From Callorhinchus milii (taxonomy: Eukaryota): DNA of 64,000 nt. This document shows, one piece after another, positions 11,311-23,557 of the stretch (positions within the stretch are counted from its first letter, which is position 1; every line of letters starts with the position of its first letter). A program made the position numbers and the translations under genes. The stretch is from the NCBI RefSeq assembly GCF_018977255.1, contig NW_024704742.1:23810001-23874000 (forward strand). Direction: 5' to 3'. Below the pieces are notes generated by a model. That model saw only the letters and a list, made by a program, of their open reading frames with translations, was not told the origin of the DNA and made no database searches.

Positions 11311-14300
11311 TCGGACAAGGGCTGAGGAATTGTCGGACGTTATTAAATTGTGTCCCAGCATGAACCAGTGCCTTCAGTGGAGGAAAGGAAAGTTATACAG
11401 GCATCTTGCTTCAGTCCATTTTAATTTATAAAATGTTAAGTGGGGCAGCTCGTTCCTGCTGGTAATAAATCGGAGAATAAAAAGTAAAAAGTGTGAGCTC
11501 CAGCTTGTGATTTCCCCACACAACACAATGGGGAGACCTGTCAAGATGCTCCTTATCCTGCAGAGAGAGAGAAAGTGAGAGGTACTTGTGAACATCCTAA
11601 AAAGAGCCACAATGAGCAGCATTTGCAGAGGCGCAGGAGCAGGTTGTGAAGCCTTTCTCTTATCTGGTGCTGTTGGTTGTCATGGGGAGAGAAAATTACA
11701 TTGTTTTAATGGTGGGGGGAGGGCTGCAGTGGAGGGGGGAGGGTGAATCATCCTGTGGTTATGACGTTTCCATTGTGGAAACTCAATATCCCTGGAGAAC
11801 CAGTGGAATGCAAAATTTAGGTTAATGCCTTCTGGAATACAGTTTGTTCTAACCTAAATATTGTTGCCTCTACGTAAGGAACAGAATGGGTCCTGCAAGT
11901 GGCATAGGAAATTCAGTGCTCATTATTAAATGGCTCTATTTAGCTGGCCTTCTGGTTACAGCATTCTGGTGCACTGACATAGTCCAACTCTCCTGCTATG
12001 CGGTGAGTTGCAAGTCTCGCATGTGCTTCTTCGAGCATTAAAGGGTGTAAGAATTTGGGAGTTTGAATCCATCTGTGTCAGTCTCGTCATGTCCTGGCAG
12101 AACTCTCAAGAGCAGCATTGTTGGAGGTTAGAGAATGATTGATCTTAGGAGAATGGGGTGTGGTGTAGGGCGGCAGAGCCCGAATGAGGGAACGGGAAAT
12201 TAAATAAAATTTGTAAGAACACAAATAAGTAACCCACCCATGAGGTAACTTATTAATATGCGTGACTAAAGGAAACGTACCTGAGGAAACAGCAAGCTCA
12301 ATACTGTTTGGTTTGCTCTTGTACTCTGGTACCCAGAATGAATCACCAGGCACAATATTGCCAGGGTTAGCTGTGAAAGACCTCCTGTAGCTTTCAATCA
12401 AAACATTTGAGCTAGAAACTTAAGCAGTTGTACAGTATTTCCAGAAAGGCAATTAGAATAGGTTTTATAATAATCTTTGCATTTGATACAGCGCCTTATC
12501 ACGTCTTTGGGACGTCTCAAAGCGCTTCACAGGATATACTGTGAAGTCAATTTTACAAAGTGTATTTTTTGGGTGAAACTTATCATAGTACAAAGCTTTT
12601 ATTCACACAAACACAACAAATTTGTGTTTTTTTTCAACACAAAATTTTGATATGGACTATACAAACTCCCAAAAGTTCTGTATGATAATTGTTGTATCAT
12701 ACCCACAAAATACTTGGGTGCAGTTTCATTGTTTGTTGGGTTGACAAAAATATGAATCTCTTTGAACATGGTGTTGAGGGCGATGCAGATTGAACGACTT
12801 CTTGTTACTGCTTTCTGTGTTCAGAGCTCTGCTCGCCCCTGAAGGTTGTGTTTCCTATGAGGGTTTTTTTTAACAAAAAACATAGCTTTACATACCCAAG
12901 AATCTGACTTGACATTATCATTGCCGGTACGGGTGAAACTGGTACAATCGGGGTTTGTGCCAGTTCACGACTGAGTTTCCCCCCCACCGCACCACCACCA
13001 CCCTCAATAAAAACATGCTCATCAATGTTTGAAATGAAAATTGTGACGTATCCAAGTGCTGAAATGTGCTGGTAACTGCAGAAGCCCAACTGGCAAGCAG
13101 TGCTGATGAACCCGTGGAGATTTAGTGCAGTTGCTAATGTGACCCTGGAACACTGTTCACATTGTTCCTGAGTTGGGGGTGGGGATGGGGAGAGAGAATC
13201 TAAAGCTTGGCTTCAGATCCTGCATTGGGATCTGCTTCAACATACCAGATGGCAACCCAGCCAATCGGAGATGGAACATGATTGACCTTAGAATAGAGTT
13301 GGTGCATCTCTCTGTGCCAAGGCATTTCCCCATTGCTTTTTGGTTCTGTCGTGTCAGCAGGAGAGCACACCAGGAGACACAGGGTGTGTGTGTTTATATA
13401 TTTATATATATATAAAAACCAATGAATGTGCAACTGTGTCTGAAAGGAAGTGCTGTGTGAGCGCAAATTTTGCCTAAATAAACTTTCTTCATGTGTAAGC
13501 TCAGCCCTAGAGCTAGTGAGTGTTGGTAAACTAATTAAAGCTCTCATCTAATGTCATTTGCAAGCCTGAACATGATTAGGAGCACAAATCCTGGCAGTTT
13601 TTGTGTCACCCCCTACCTGTCCCTAGTCTCAGTGAGATCAAATGTAGCATTTTTACGAACTCTCTGCTGAGAATGTTTTGACTAACATTGGTCATTCACT
13701 CCATGGCGGTTTGTGGGTCATTGCTGTGTGCAATTTGCCTGCTGTGCTCGCCTACAAAACTCACAGTCATTGCATTTTACAGTAAACTCTGTGAAGCGCT
13801 TTGAAATGTTTCAAAGATATGAAAGGCATTAGATGCAAGGATGATTATTATTACTTTACATAAAATGAACGTAGCTCACTGCAGGCCCAAAATAGAACTA
13901 CAGCAGGTTTGGGAGTGTAGGGAACAATGCACTTACCCATTGAGCCATTAGGGAAACCTGTTCAAGTTTTCTTTAACTCATTAATTTGACCCTTGAACAT
14001 TACGAATGTTCCACAAAATGTAATTATAGGAATGCTGTGGTTAGCGACCTAAAAATGTTTCAGCACTCAGTCACCACAGATTTGCGTTGAATACCGTTCA
14101 AGTTTCTTGTTCTGTTTTTCTTCATCGAAAGAAAAACAAACGTAAAGCAATATCTTCAACTGTTTGAAGACATAGTGCAGTGTTTGAGCAGGACGTAGTT
14201 GCCTGGCAGCGTGCCTGCAGAAAATATTATTTCAGTTCCACGGATTATTTGGAGCCTTGCAAAGTATTGGCTTTCAGAAAAGTATTTTTGGCTGCAGTGA

Positions 14301-16736
14301 AGTATTGAGTAATCTGGACGCTGAAGGAGAATATGCCACGTGCAGTAGGTCACAGGGATTGCAACCTGGAAGAGAAGATCAATCATTTTATCAGCAGTCA
14401 CCCATTCTTTCCATGCAACAGTGTGTTTTTCAGAAACGTTTCTTTAACTGTGAAGGCTAAGTCTGTATAGAAAGCTTGACCATGTATTTAAAATACATGC
14501 CGTTCCTTCTGTACTGAAATTGCTGGTGTTGGATACACTTCCATGGGCCCTGGCAACTTTCCAGTGTCTCACCCAAGTGGCCCCTTAAGCCTAATCCTGT
14601 CCTCATTCGACATCAACATATGCACCTTCTAGCAGCAGCACTTGATATTGAATAGGAGCAGAAAACGTATCTCATATTTCTTTATCTCTTCCCTATCTCA
14701 CTAGTGCTGAGTCCAATTGTAGTGCTTCTACGGCTCGGAGTAGCGACTGAGGGAATCAGCAACAATTTAAATTTGAATAGTGTTTTTCATGTCAAAGAAT
14801 CTCTCAAAGCACGTGACAAATAATGTATGAAGATGGAAATAAACATTTAAAGATCTTGACTAAAGCCATGATTTGAAGAGATATTTTTGAAATTTTAAAG
14901 GCAGGGAGAGAGGTAATAAGGCAAAATGATTTTGGAAAAGCAATCCAGGACAGGAACAAGGTGAGTGAAGGCTTGGCCCCCAATGGTGGAGCAAAGGGAG
15001 TGGGAAATCGAGCAATAGTAATAATATAATAATCCTTGTCTACACTGTCAAACATCTCACAGATTCTATAAAGTGTAGTGACTGTGTATTTATAGGTGAA
15101 CATAGCAGCCAATTTGGACATAGCATGCCCCACAAACAGCCACGGAGGGAATTACCAATTTTATCTGCAGGATTGGTGAGCAGGACACTAGGAGAAACTC
15201 TCTTCATTTTTCACTTTTAACGCTGACCTGAACAGGCAGAAGTGACTCCGATTTTTAACGTCTCTTCTGAAGTATGACACCTCCAAAGTTGCAGGACTTG
15301 GAGAGTTAGCCCAGTGAAAGTCCCGACATGAAGCTGGAACCCATAACCCAGAGTTGAAACAGTCTGGAAAGTGTAGCTTTTGGGATCTATACAGCTGAGA
15401 TTTACATTGTGTGGGGGACACTTAGCAACTGAATTTTCAATAGAATATAGAAATGTATGACTCTCCCAAGTGCCAACGTTTCCTGAGTAAAGCTAAGCAG
15501 AGTCTTGGCAGGAGATGTGAATAGTGTGGGATGAATTACACCAATTGCTGTGTGTTCAGTTTTCAGGGTGAGTCATGAGATTGGGTGCAGCAGTAGGAAA
15601 CCTGGTGGAAACCTAAGAAAGGTGGAGAGCAGTTCTACTATAATCAAGTAGGTAAAAGGCAGCACTTGGTGTCGCACTAAGCCATGCAGAACAAAAAGGT
15701 TGTAGGTCCCAAACCTAGTGCAGCAGTTGAGATGCTACAATTGACCTCCGACCCCCTGCCTCCCTCCCTCCCTTCCTCCGTTAATATGTGTCTTCTACTG
15801 GGGTTGTATGCCAGATGTTGGAGTACATGATCAGGTTTAGTTTTTTATGTCCTCTCCCAGGTTGAATGCTCTGTGAACACTCAGTTTCCAGGCCTGCACA
15901 TGATTGTTCTGGAGGCTGGTACCCATTACACCAAATCATTGCCATCAGGGACGAGAGAAAATTGATGAGAAAAGAGAGGGGAGGGGTCACCCTTTATCAA
16001 AGGACATGTTCAGCATACAGCTATTATACCTTAATTTATTAAGAATGATCTAGGGTTGGAAACTAGTTGAAAAAAATCCCTGTATTGAACATCTTTCATT
16101 TTGGCTACTAATTGAAGGCAATCCCATTGAGAAGGCAATCAATAATGCTTCCTGCATAATGAGAGGATGACTAGAATTTGTTGCTTGCCAGTGCCCTATG
16201 GTGCACATGATCGGTGTCTGACATTATTAAAGTGTCTCACACATATTAAACCTGTCAAGAGTCCAATATATGTTTCACCTAATTATACACTGTCATGGGT
16301 CGGTGGGTTTCGTTTAATGTGCCCCAATTTCAAAGAGGTCAGTAAAAGGCTAATTTTTAGTTATTTTAGGTGTTCAACAATGATAACTGCTAATTAGATC
16401 TTTTCCTATTTCCAGTGAAAAATGGTATATTAATTTAGGCTTTTCATTGATAGGCTTATTTCCCAGCTGACAGGGCAGCTAAGTGACTTGTTCTCAGGCA
16501 CTTGGCATTGCTGCCCTTAACCTGTTCCTAAAAAGTTTACAGAACATGCACACCTACAAAATACAGTCACTACACAGAAAATATTGTGAAGTTCTTTGAT
16601 GCGTCATCCGGACATGAAAGGTGCTGTATGAAATGCAAAGATTTTTATTTTATAAGACTTTAGTTTGACATTTCATCTGTCCTTCGGATGACATTTTAAA
16701 CCCACATGTATGTTCAAAAAGACAAAGTATCCACTG

Positions 16737-17085
16737 AGGAGTTCTGTAGCCTCGGATTTAACTTGTTCATCTTGCAAGTGAGAGGACCCGGGTTCAATTC
16801 TCGAGTGGAGCAAAACCTTAGGCAAGTTTCCTTACTCTAAATGCCTCCGTTTACCTACCAGTAAGTAGGAATCCGGTTATTAGTCGATTGGTAGATCTCT
16901 TTCCGGGGATAATAATCTCTTTAAAAAAAATTGGTCACCATCCACAACTGTATGTGGGATCCTCCAGGGTGCGATTGGCTGCGTTTCTCCCACAAAATAT
17001 AGTCAACTCACTTTACAATATATTCTCTGAAGCACTTTGAGACGTGTCAACAACATGGTAAGGCATTACATCAAATGCAAGTATA
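16737..17085 (+). mobile_element. tRNA-derived SINE, older long form
   Basis: Same head and tail plus an extra central segment of about 60 nt. Confidence 0.75.
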
Positions 17086-17828
17086 AGTATCATATAATTT
17101 GAAAAGCAAAGGAAGTTTCTTCTGATGTCTCGGCCAACAATTCTCCAGATAAATTGATCTTTCACCTCTTGTCTGTGGGACATTTCTGTATGCAGATTGG
17201 CTGCAGTGTTCACCTACAAATGCATTAATTACTGTGAAGCACTCTGTAGAAAGATGTTACTCCTTCCCTCTGTTGCATCACCCTGTGCCTGCCTTGTGCT
17301 GTCTGTCCTCCCCTGATGCTTTTGGTGAGAGCAGTAATGTATTGTAAAGAATCTTGGGTATGAGCTTGCACCTTGTCACTTCATGATGTATGGATTGGAA
17401 GTACTAATACACCAACAATTATAGCGCTGTTTTCCTGGATACGTGAATTGTTTCAGTAATTGCTAAGGATTTGGCGAACTAAAGTGGTTGTATAATCAGA
17501 AGAATACCACTACCACCATCACAACAACTTGCATTTATATAACTCGCTTCACTTAGGGTTACGTCAGCAAACCACACCATTTATATTCAGATCCTGTTTT
17601 ACTTTCTCATCCTTTTTCATCTACTAGGAAAGAGGAAGAAGTGTAAAATCTGATTTTGATTAAAGAGCTTTCAGGTTGTTGTGGAGATTGTTGTTCCCTC
17701 AAGGGAAATGGACATTTGCTGGAAAACTTTTGTTACCATTAAATGGGTTGCAGGGAACTTTGAACAATGCTTTGAAATAATAGGAATGTATAGAATGGGG
17801 AATATTTGTTGTTGTTGCTCACCTCTCT

Positions 17829-18290
17829 ATAATAATAATAATAATCCTTGCATTTGATACAGCGCTTTTCACGTCGGGAGTACGTCCGAAAGTGCTTCAC
17901 AGAACACACTGTAAAGTGAATTGACAGTATATTTGTGGGCAAACGCGGCAGCCAATTGCGCACAGCAATGTCCCACAAACAGTCGTAGATTGAAAATGAC
18001 CAATTTATTATTGTTTTCGGTTTTGGAGGGATTATTATTAGGCTCTGTGTGGAGTAAGGAAACTTGCCCAAGGTTTCGCCCTCTGCCTGGAATTGAACTT
18101 AGGTCTCTCACTTGCAAAGCGAGTGCTCTAACCACTGAGCTACAGACTATATCTGTCCACATAATAGCCTTTATCATTATTAGGCGTGTGGAGTAAGGAA
18201 ACTTGCCCAAGGTTTCGCCCTGCCGGGAATTGAACCCAGGTGTCTCGCTTGCAAGGCGAGTGCTCTAACCACTGAGCTACAGGATTCCAG
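17829..18290 (-). mobile_element. tRNA-derived SINE (17829-18145) plus an extra tandem head (18176-18290)
   Basis: Two A/B-box heads in the same orientation with a single tail. Confidence 0.88.
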
Positions 18291-19228
18291 GACTTCACCC
18301 ACTGGAGTGAACATTCCCTTATGGTTTTCACCTGGAAGGCTTCTTGTTAAAAGGATGATATGCACAAAGCCATTTTCCTATTGAAAGTGCCAATATGGTT
18401 ATGATCACCAATGGTCTTTATTGAACAATAATGAATTACCGAAGTACGGTATTCTGTTTGAAGTAAGTATACTCTCTTATGTCAAGATTGCTACAGAGAG
18501 CAATGAATATCTGGAAGTGATTACAAGGCAAAAGTCTCCTTCAGGGCTTTTACATTGTCATAAATTATAATGAGTAAAGCAAACCTTGAGATGACATTCA
18601 CGACTTTAATCACTTGATCACGTCCAAACTTTTTTTTCACTTCTCAGCAATGTTTTTCCCCTTTTCTGAAAACCTTTGACTCCTTTGTTCTTTTACTGTG
18701 CTCTTTCCAGTCTCCCACTCTGGTTGCTGGCTTTTAGTCATATGTGAACCTTGACAGTATGTAGCAATGAGATGGGGGGGGGGGGGCGGTGAGGAGAAGA
18801 GCAAAGAGGAGAAAGGAGGAAAATATCACAGCTGAGCCTTATGCTATTCTTGCCCAAAGTCCACACGGATTTCTCTGGAACAAGCTCTGCGTAGTGATTA
18901 GGAATTCTGGCTGATTTCATTTCTGTGTCTCTCTTCAACCCAGGGTGCTGGAGGAATCAAATGTGGCTCAGCAGCTGCTATCCCAGTTAATATTGGGAAA
19001 CTCACTAGAGACTGGGATTCGCGCCTGTGGCCTCCTGTTCCCTACGCAATCTACCCACTGCTGGATATAGCTTCAGGAGGTAGGGGTGGGATTTCCTCTC
19101 ATTCGCTTCGCCTTCATTGTTGCTGCAGAGTGAAGGGCAGGTTGCACAAGCAGCTGATCCACACTGATGGCATTCTTACCGGAGGATTGAGAGTTGGGAT
19201 GTGCTTAGGGCAGATTTATCATGTTAGT

Positions 19229-19440
19229 TTCCCCCAACGGCCTAGTGGGTAAAACCGGCATGTGTTGTAGCACAAATGCAAACCAAACAGAAGGTTACAA
19301 ATTCCAAACCCAATGTGTATGTGCTGAACTATCTGACCACGGCCCCAGCAGCAGTTGGTATGGTACAGTTGACCTTAACAACCGTGAGGTAGGGAGGGGG
19401 GAAGATCAGCCCCAGGCTTGAAAATGGTGCATGTGTAGTA
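19229..19440 (+). mobile_element. Old unclassified SINE-like repeat
   Basis: Degenerate tRNA-like head (ggcctagtgggtaaa…). Probably related fragments at about 14530-14760(-), 29180-29420(-), 41190-41470(+) and 50295-50390(-). Confidence 0.4.
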
Positions 19441-20079
19441 GTTGATTGAGCTTCCCCACTGTTGAGAAGCTTTGCTGTCAAAACTGTGAAGCACTCAGAT
19501 GTCTCGGGGGACATGACTATGTCAAATGCAAGGATTGTTCAAGAGTCCCCTGCTTTTTAGAGAGAGAATTGGCCAAATGAAAATCGCAATGTTAATCTGC
19601 AGTTGAATACCAGGAAGTAGCACGACCAACTGGTTAATACTGATAAACTTTTGGAGGATAAGTTTTCACAGCTGAGGGAAAACATATTAAAATATAATTT
19701 GATGAGAGCTTACAATTGGAATTCCTTAATATCTCACTTATATTAAGAAGAATAAACTGCTCTTTGTCTGTTGGCATGAATCAAGATATCAGCGAAAACA
19801 ATCCAGGAGGGTGTATTTCAGGGGATTGGACTCTGTGCCCATTTGCATTTACAAGCCACAGCAGCTGTAACAACTAATTGAAAATGAAAGGAAGCAATAA
19901 ATATGTACTTCATTCTAATGTACTTCAACCTTGCACATTGCACTGCTGCTTTTGGGAACTCCTTGCCTGAAAATATGGACTACTTGATGTTTATTTTATG
20001 CCTGGCTTTCTCCACCCTTGCTCTCTCCTCCGCCACCTACAGTACTCTAGAATTACTCTGTGCACCTTTTACTTCAGAA

Positions 20080-21002
20080 GCAGTTCCCCCTCCCCATTCT
20101 GCCCCCTCCTCCGCCACACCCTCATCCTCCGCCACGCACACCCCCCTCCACCATACAACCCCCTCCGACACACAATCCCCTTCTCCACAGCCCCACCCCC
20201 CGCAACAGCCCCCCTCCGCCACAGCCCCTCCTGTGCCACACGCCCCCTCCGCCACCCCCCGCCCTCCCCCCCCCACCAAGTCCCCCTCGGTCACATGCCA
20301 CCCCACCTCCGCCACCCCCCCACCTCCATCACTCCCCACCCTTGGTCACCCCCCCTCCGTTATCCCTCCTCCACCACCCCCTCCTCCGCCACCCCCCTGC
20401 CACAAACCCTCCCTCCGCCACACGCACCCCCCCCGTCACATCCTCCCCCCCGCTAGGCACATCCACCTCCACTACACACACCCACCCTCTGCTACACACA
20501 CCCCTCCGCTACACATACACCACCCTCTGCTACACACACCCCCGCCCCGCTACACACACACCACCCTCCGCTACACACACCACACTCTGCTACACACACA
20601 CCCCCATCGCTACACAACCCCCCCCACACCGCTACACCCCCCCCCCCCCACCGGCTACAAACACAGCTACTCATCTATACCCCCCCACTCTGCTACACAC
20701 ATCCCACCTCTGCTACACACATCCCACCTCTGCTACACACATCCCACCTCTGCTACACACACATGCCCTCCGCTACACACACACCCCCCTCCACTACACA
20801 CACCCCCTTCCGCTACATACCCCCTCCCGCTGCACATCCCCCCTCCACTACACACCCTCCCCTCCGCTACAAACACCACCCCGTTGCAAACACCCCCACC
20901 GCTACACACAAACCCTCTGCTACAAACACTTACTCAGCTACAACCCCTGCCCCCTCTGCTACAAACACCCACTGCTCTGCTACAAACGCCCCCCAGCTAC
21001 AA
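20080..21002. repeat. C/A-rich degenerate minisatellite
   Basis: Units CCCTCCGCCACAC, CTCTGCTACACAC and CTGCTACAAAC; three perfect 20-mers at 20701-20760. Confidence 0.9.
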
Positions 21003-21580
21003 AACAATTTCATTTCCAACAATGCGTTATTTCTTCTTGTTTAGTTAAAGTAAAAGCGTAGATTGGCAGTGAAATGGACCTCTTAACCGCACCAGTCAAC
21101 TCGCTGCAATTTTCCACCAAATTTGTGAAATTTCCACCCAATTTTCTGCAAAATTTGTCCAATTTCCCTATAAGTTTTTGGCAAATATTTCTGCAGTTTT
21201 CCACTGGGACCTGATTATAACCCAAAACCTGTGTTCCCAACACAGGAAACTGAATGAGTGGCACCAGGTGTGCTGGCTGCCATGCTTCCTGCTGAGGGAT
21301 GAGCTGAGTTTCCAACTAACCCTGACAGGCCGGCCGTGCATTGTAATGCGATCTGTTTTTTGTCTCAGATTTCCAGCATCTGCTGTACTTTGCATTTTAT
21401 TTTATTTTTAAAGGCTAATAGTAAACCTCCTGAGTTTGCAGTTCACTCTGAATTTGCTTATCTCAGCAGGGAATCGAGCAGGAGTTGGGGAATTCCTTGA
21501 ACAAAGGAAAGGTAAGGATCAATCTTACTCCCACCCACTCCAAATATAGGCAGATATTTGGGAATAAGTGGCTTTTCAAT

Positions 21581-21873
21581 TATAATATTAATCCTTGCAT
21601 TTGATATAGCACTTTTCACGTCTTCTAGACGTCCCAAAGCGCTTCACAGAATAGACTGTAAAGTGAATTGACTGTATATTTGTGGGCGAAACACGGCAGC
21701 CAATTGCGTACAGCAGTGTCCCACAAACAGTCGTGCATTGAAGTGACCAATTTTATTATTGTTTTTTTCTTGAGGGATTATTATCAGGTGTGTGGAGTAA
21801 GGAAACTGCTGGGAATCGAACCCAGGTCTCTCGCTTGCGAGGCGAGCGCTCTAACCACTGAGCTACAGGACTC
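21581..21873 (-). mobile_element. tRNA-derived SINE
   Basis: Same family with a small internal deletion. Confidence 0.88.
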
Positions 21874-22461
21874 AATTATCTGCCAAACATGGCCTGTACT
21901 GTATAAATAAAATGTTTTTTTGTATCAAAACTGTGCATACTCCAATCTCATTCTGCTTGTCTATACACTTCAATTCCGCTTAGAGCTCCTGCCCCTCTCC
22001 CTGTATTTCTCTGACTCCTCGCCCTCCCTATTTCATTGCCTTAAGCAGTTGAAGCTAAACCCATTGCAGCTTTTTTTATTCAAGTAACTTTTTTAGTGTA
22101 ATTGTGGTGCTTGCCATTCATTCAGTACGAGTCCCCAGGCAGCATTCTGCTGCAGACACAGTGTGTACGGGAATTGAACATTCACCCCCCACCCCACTCC
22201 GTCTCTCATGGTTTACCAAGATCCAAGCCAGGTAGAAGTTAAGCTAAACAACGGATCCAATTAATCAGTGGCTAGTAAATCATTCTGTGGCTGTCTTGAG
22301 TGCTTTGGTTGTTATGGTAATCGATGTGTACACTGCAAATACCTTCCTTATCCACACTAACCATATTTATCCCGTGTCCTTGTCACGGAAAGTATTTGAC
22401 AACAAATATTCATCAGACTTATTCTCGAGGATTGATGATATTAGCTCTGCTAACTAGAAAT

Positions 22462-22950
22462 ACCTCGGGGCTTTGTCCTTGGTCCCCTCTTCTTCAACTT
22501 GTACATGCTCCCTTTTGGTGACATCATCCGCAGACATTGGGTCAACTTCCACATGTATGCGGATGACACCCAACTCTATCTTTCTGCCTCCACCCTCGAT
22601 TCCAGGACCACTGCTGTCCTGACAGAATGTCTGTCAGACATCAAGTCCCGGATGAGAGATAACTTTCTATAGTTGAACGTGAATAAGACCGAGACTCTTC
22701 TAATTGGCTCCTGTTAGAGCCTCCACACCACAGCATCACCATCCAAGAATGCACACTCCACCTCACTGAGCCAGTCTGGAACCTCGGTGTCTTATTTGGC
22801 CCTCAACTATCTTTTCAACCCCACATACGTGCCATGACCCGCTCTGCCTCCCCCCACCTCCGCAACATTGCTCCACAAACTCCACAAGTGCTTCAAGACT
22901 TCCTCCCGACATGAAAATGGTGTATAAATATAAATTGCATTGTATTCTTC
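22462..22950 (+). mobile_element. L2 LINE fragment (RT YADDTQLY region plus tail, internally deleted)
   Basis: Homologous to 9940-10640. Confidence 0.85.
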
Positions 22951-23241
22951 CTCCTACTAAGCAGCCTCAAACGCTTTTCTCCATCTCTAAAACTCGTTAG
23001 GGAATGTTGACAGCAATGTACTTGGAGATTAAATGATCGGTTGTAGATCTGAAGAGATCTTGTTGTTGTCTGACCACAAACTCCATTAAACCCTAAAAGT
23101 AAAATACTTTTCCCATGGACCGAATTATTCTCTCACCTCCCTTCCCTCCCCGCTTCTTTTTTTCTGACAGTCCTGGAAGCTAAGTGTTGAAGTACATCTT
23201 TGTAGTCTCTCTGCTGGGATCAAAATCTTTGGCTGTGAAAG

Positions 23242-23557
23242 TAATAATATAATAATCCTTGAATTTGATATAGCGCTTTTCACGTCTTCTAGACGTCCCA
23301 AAGCGCTTCACAGAATATACTGTAAAGTGAATTGACTGTATATGTGTGGGCGAACGCGGCAGCCAATTGCACACAGCAATGTCCACAAACAGTCATGGAT
23401 TGAAGTGACCAATTTTATTATTGTCTTTTTTTTCTTGAGTGATTATTATCAGGCATATGGAATAAGGAAACTTGCCCAAGGTTTCGCCCTGCCGGGAATC
23501 AAACCCAGGTCTCTCGCTTGCGAGGCGAATGCTCTAACCACTGAGTTACAGGACTCC
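23242..23557 (-). mobile_element. tRNA-derived SINE
   Basis: Full head, body and tail. Confidence 0.88.

Noticed and set aside
18212..18290. tRNA-Ala(TGC)-like cloverleafs here and at about 6465-6542, 10113-10190, 21805-21873 and 23483-23557
   Set aside because: Each runs directly into SINE body sequence; they are SINE heads, not tRNA genes.
19903..21061. 381-aa and 333-aa Pro/His/Thr-rich ORFs, one with a hydrophobic N-terminus (mucin- or extensin-like)
   Set aside because: They overlie a C/A-rich minisatellite that seldom forms stop codons; several frames are open at once; no other gene evidence.
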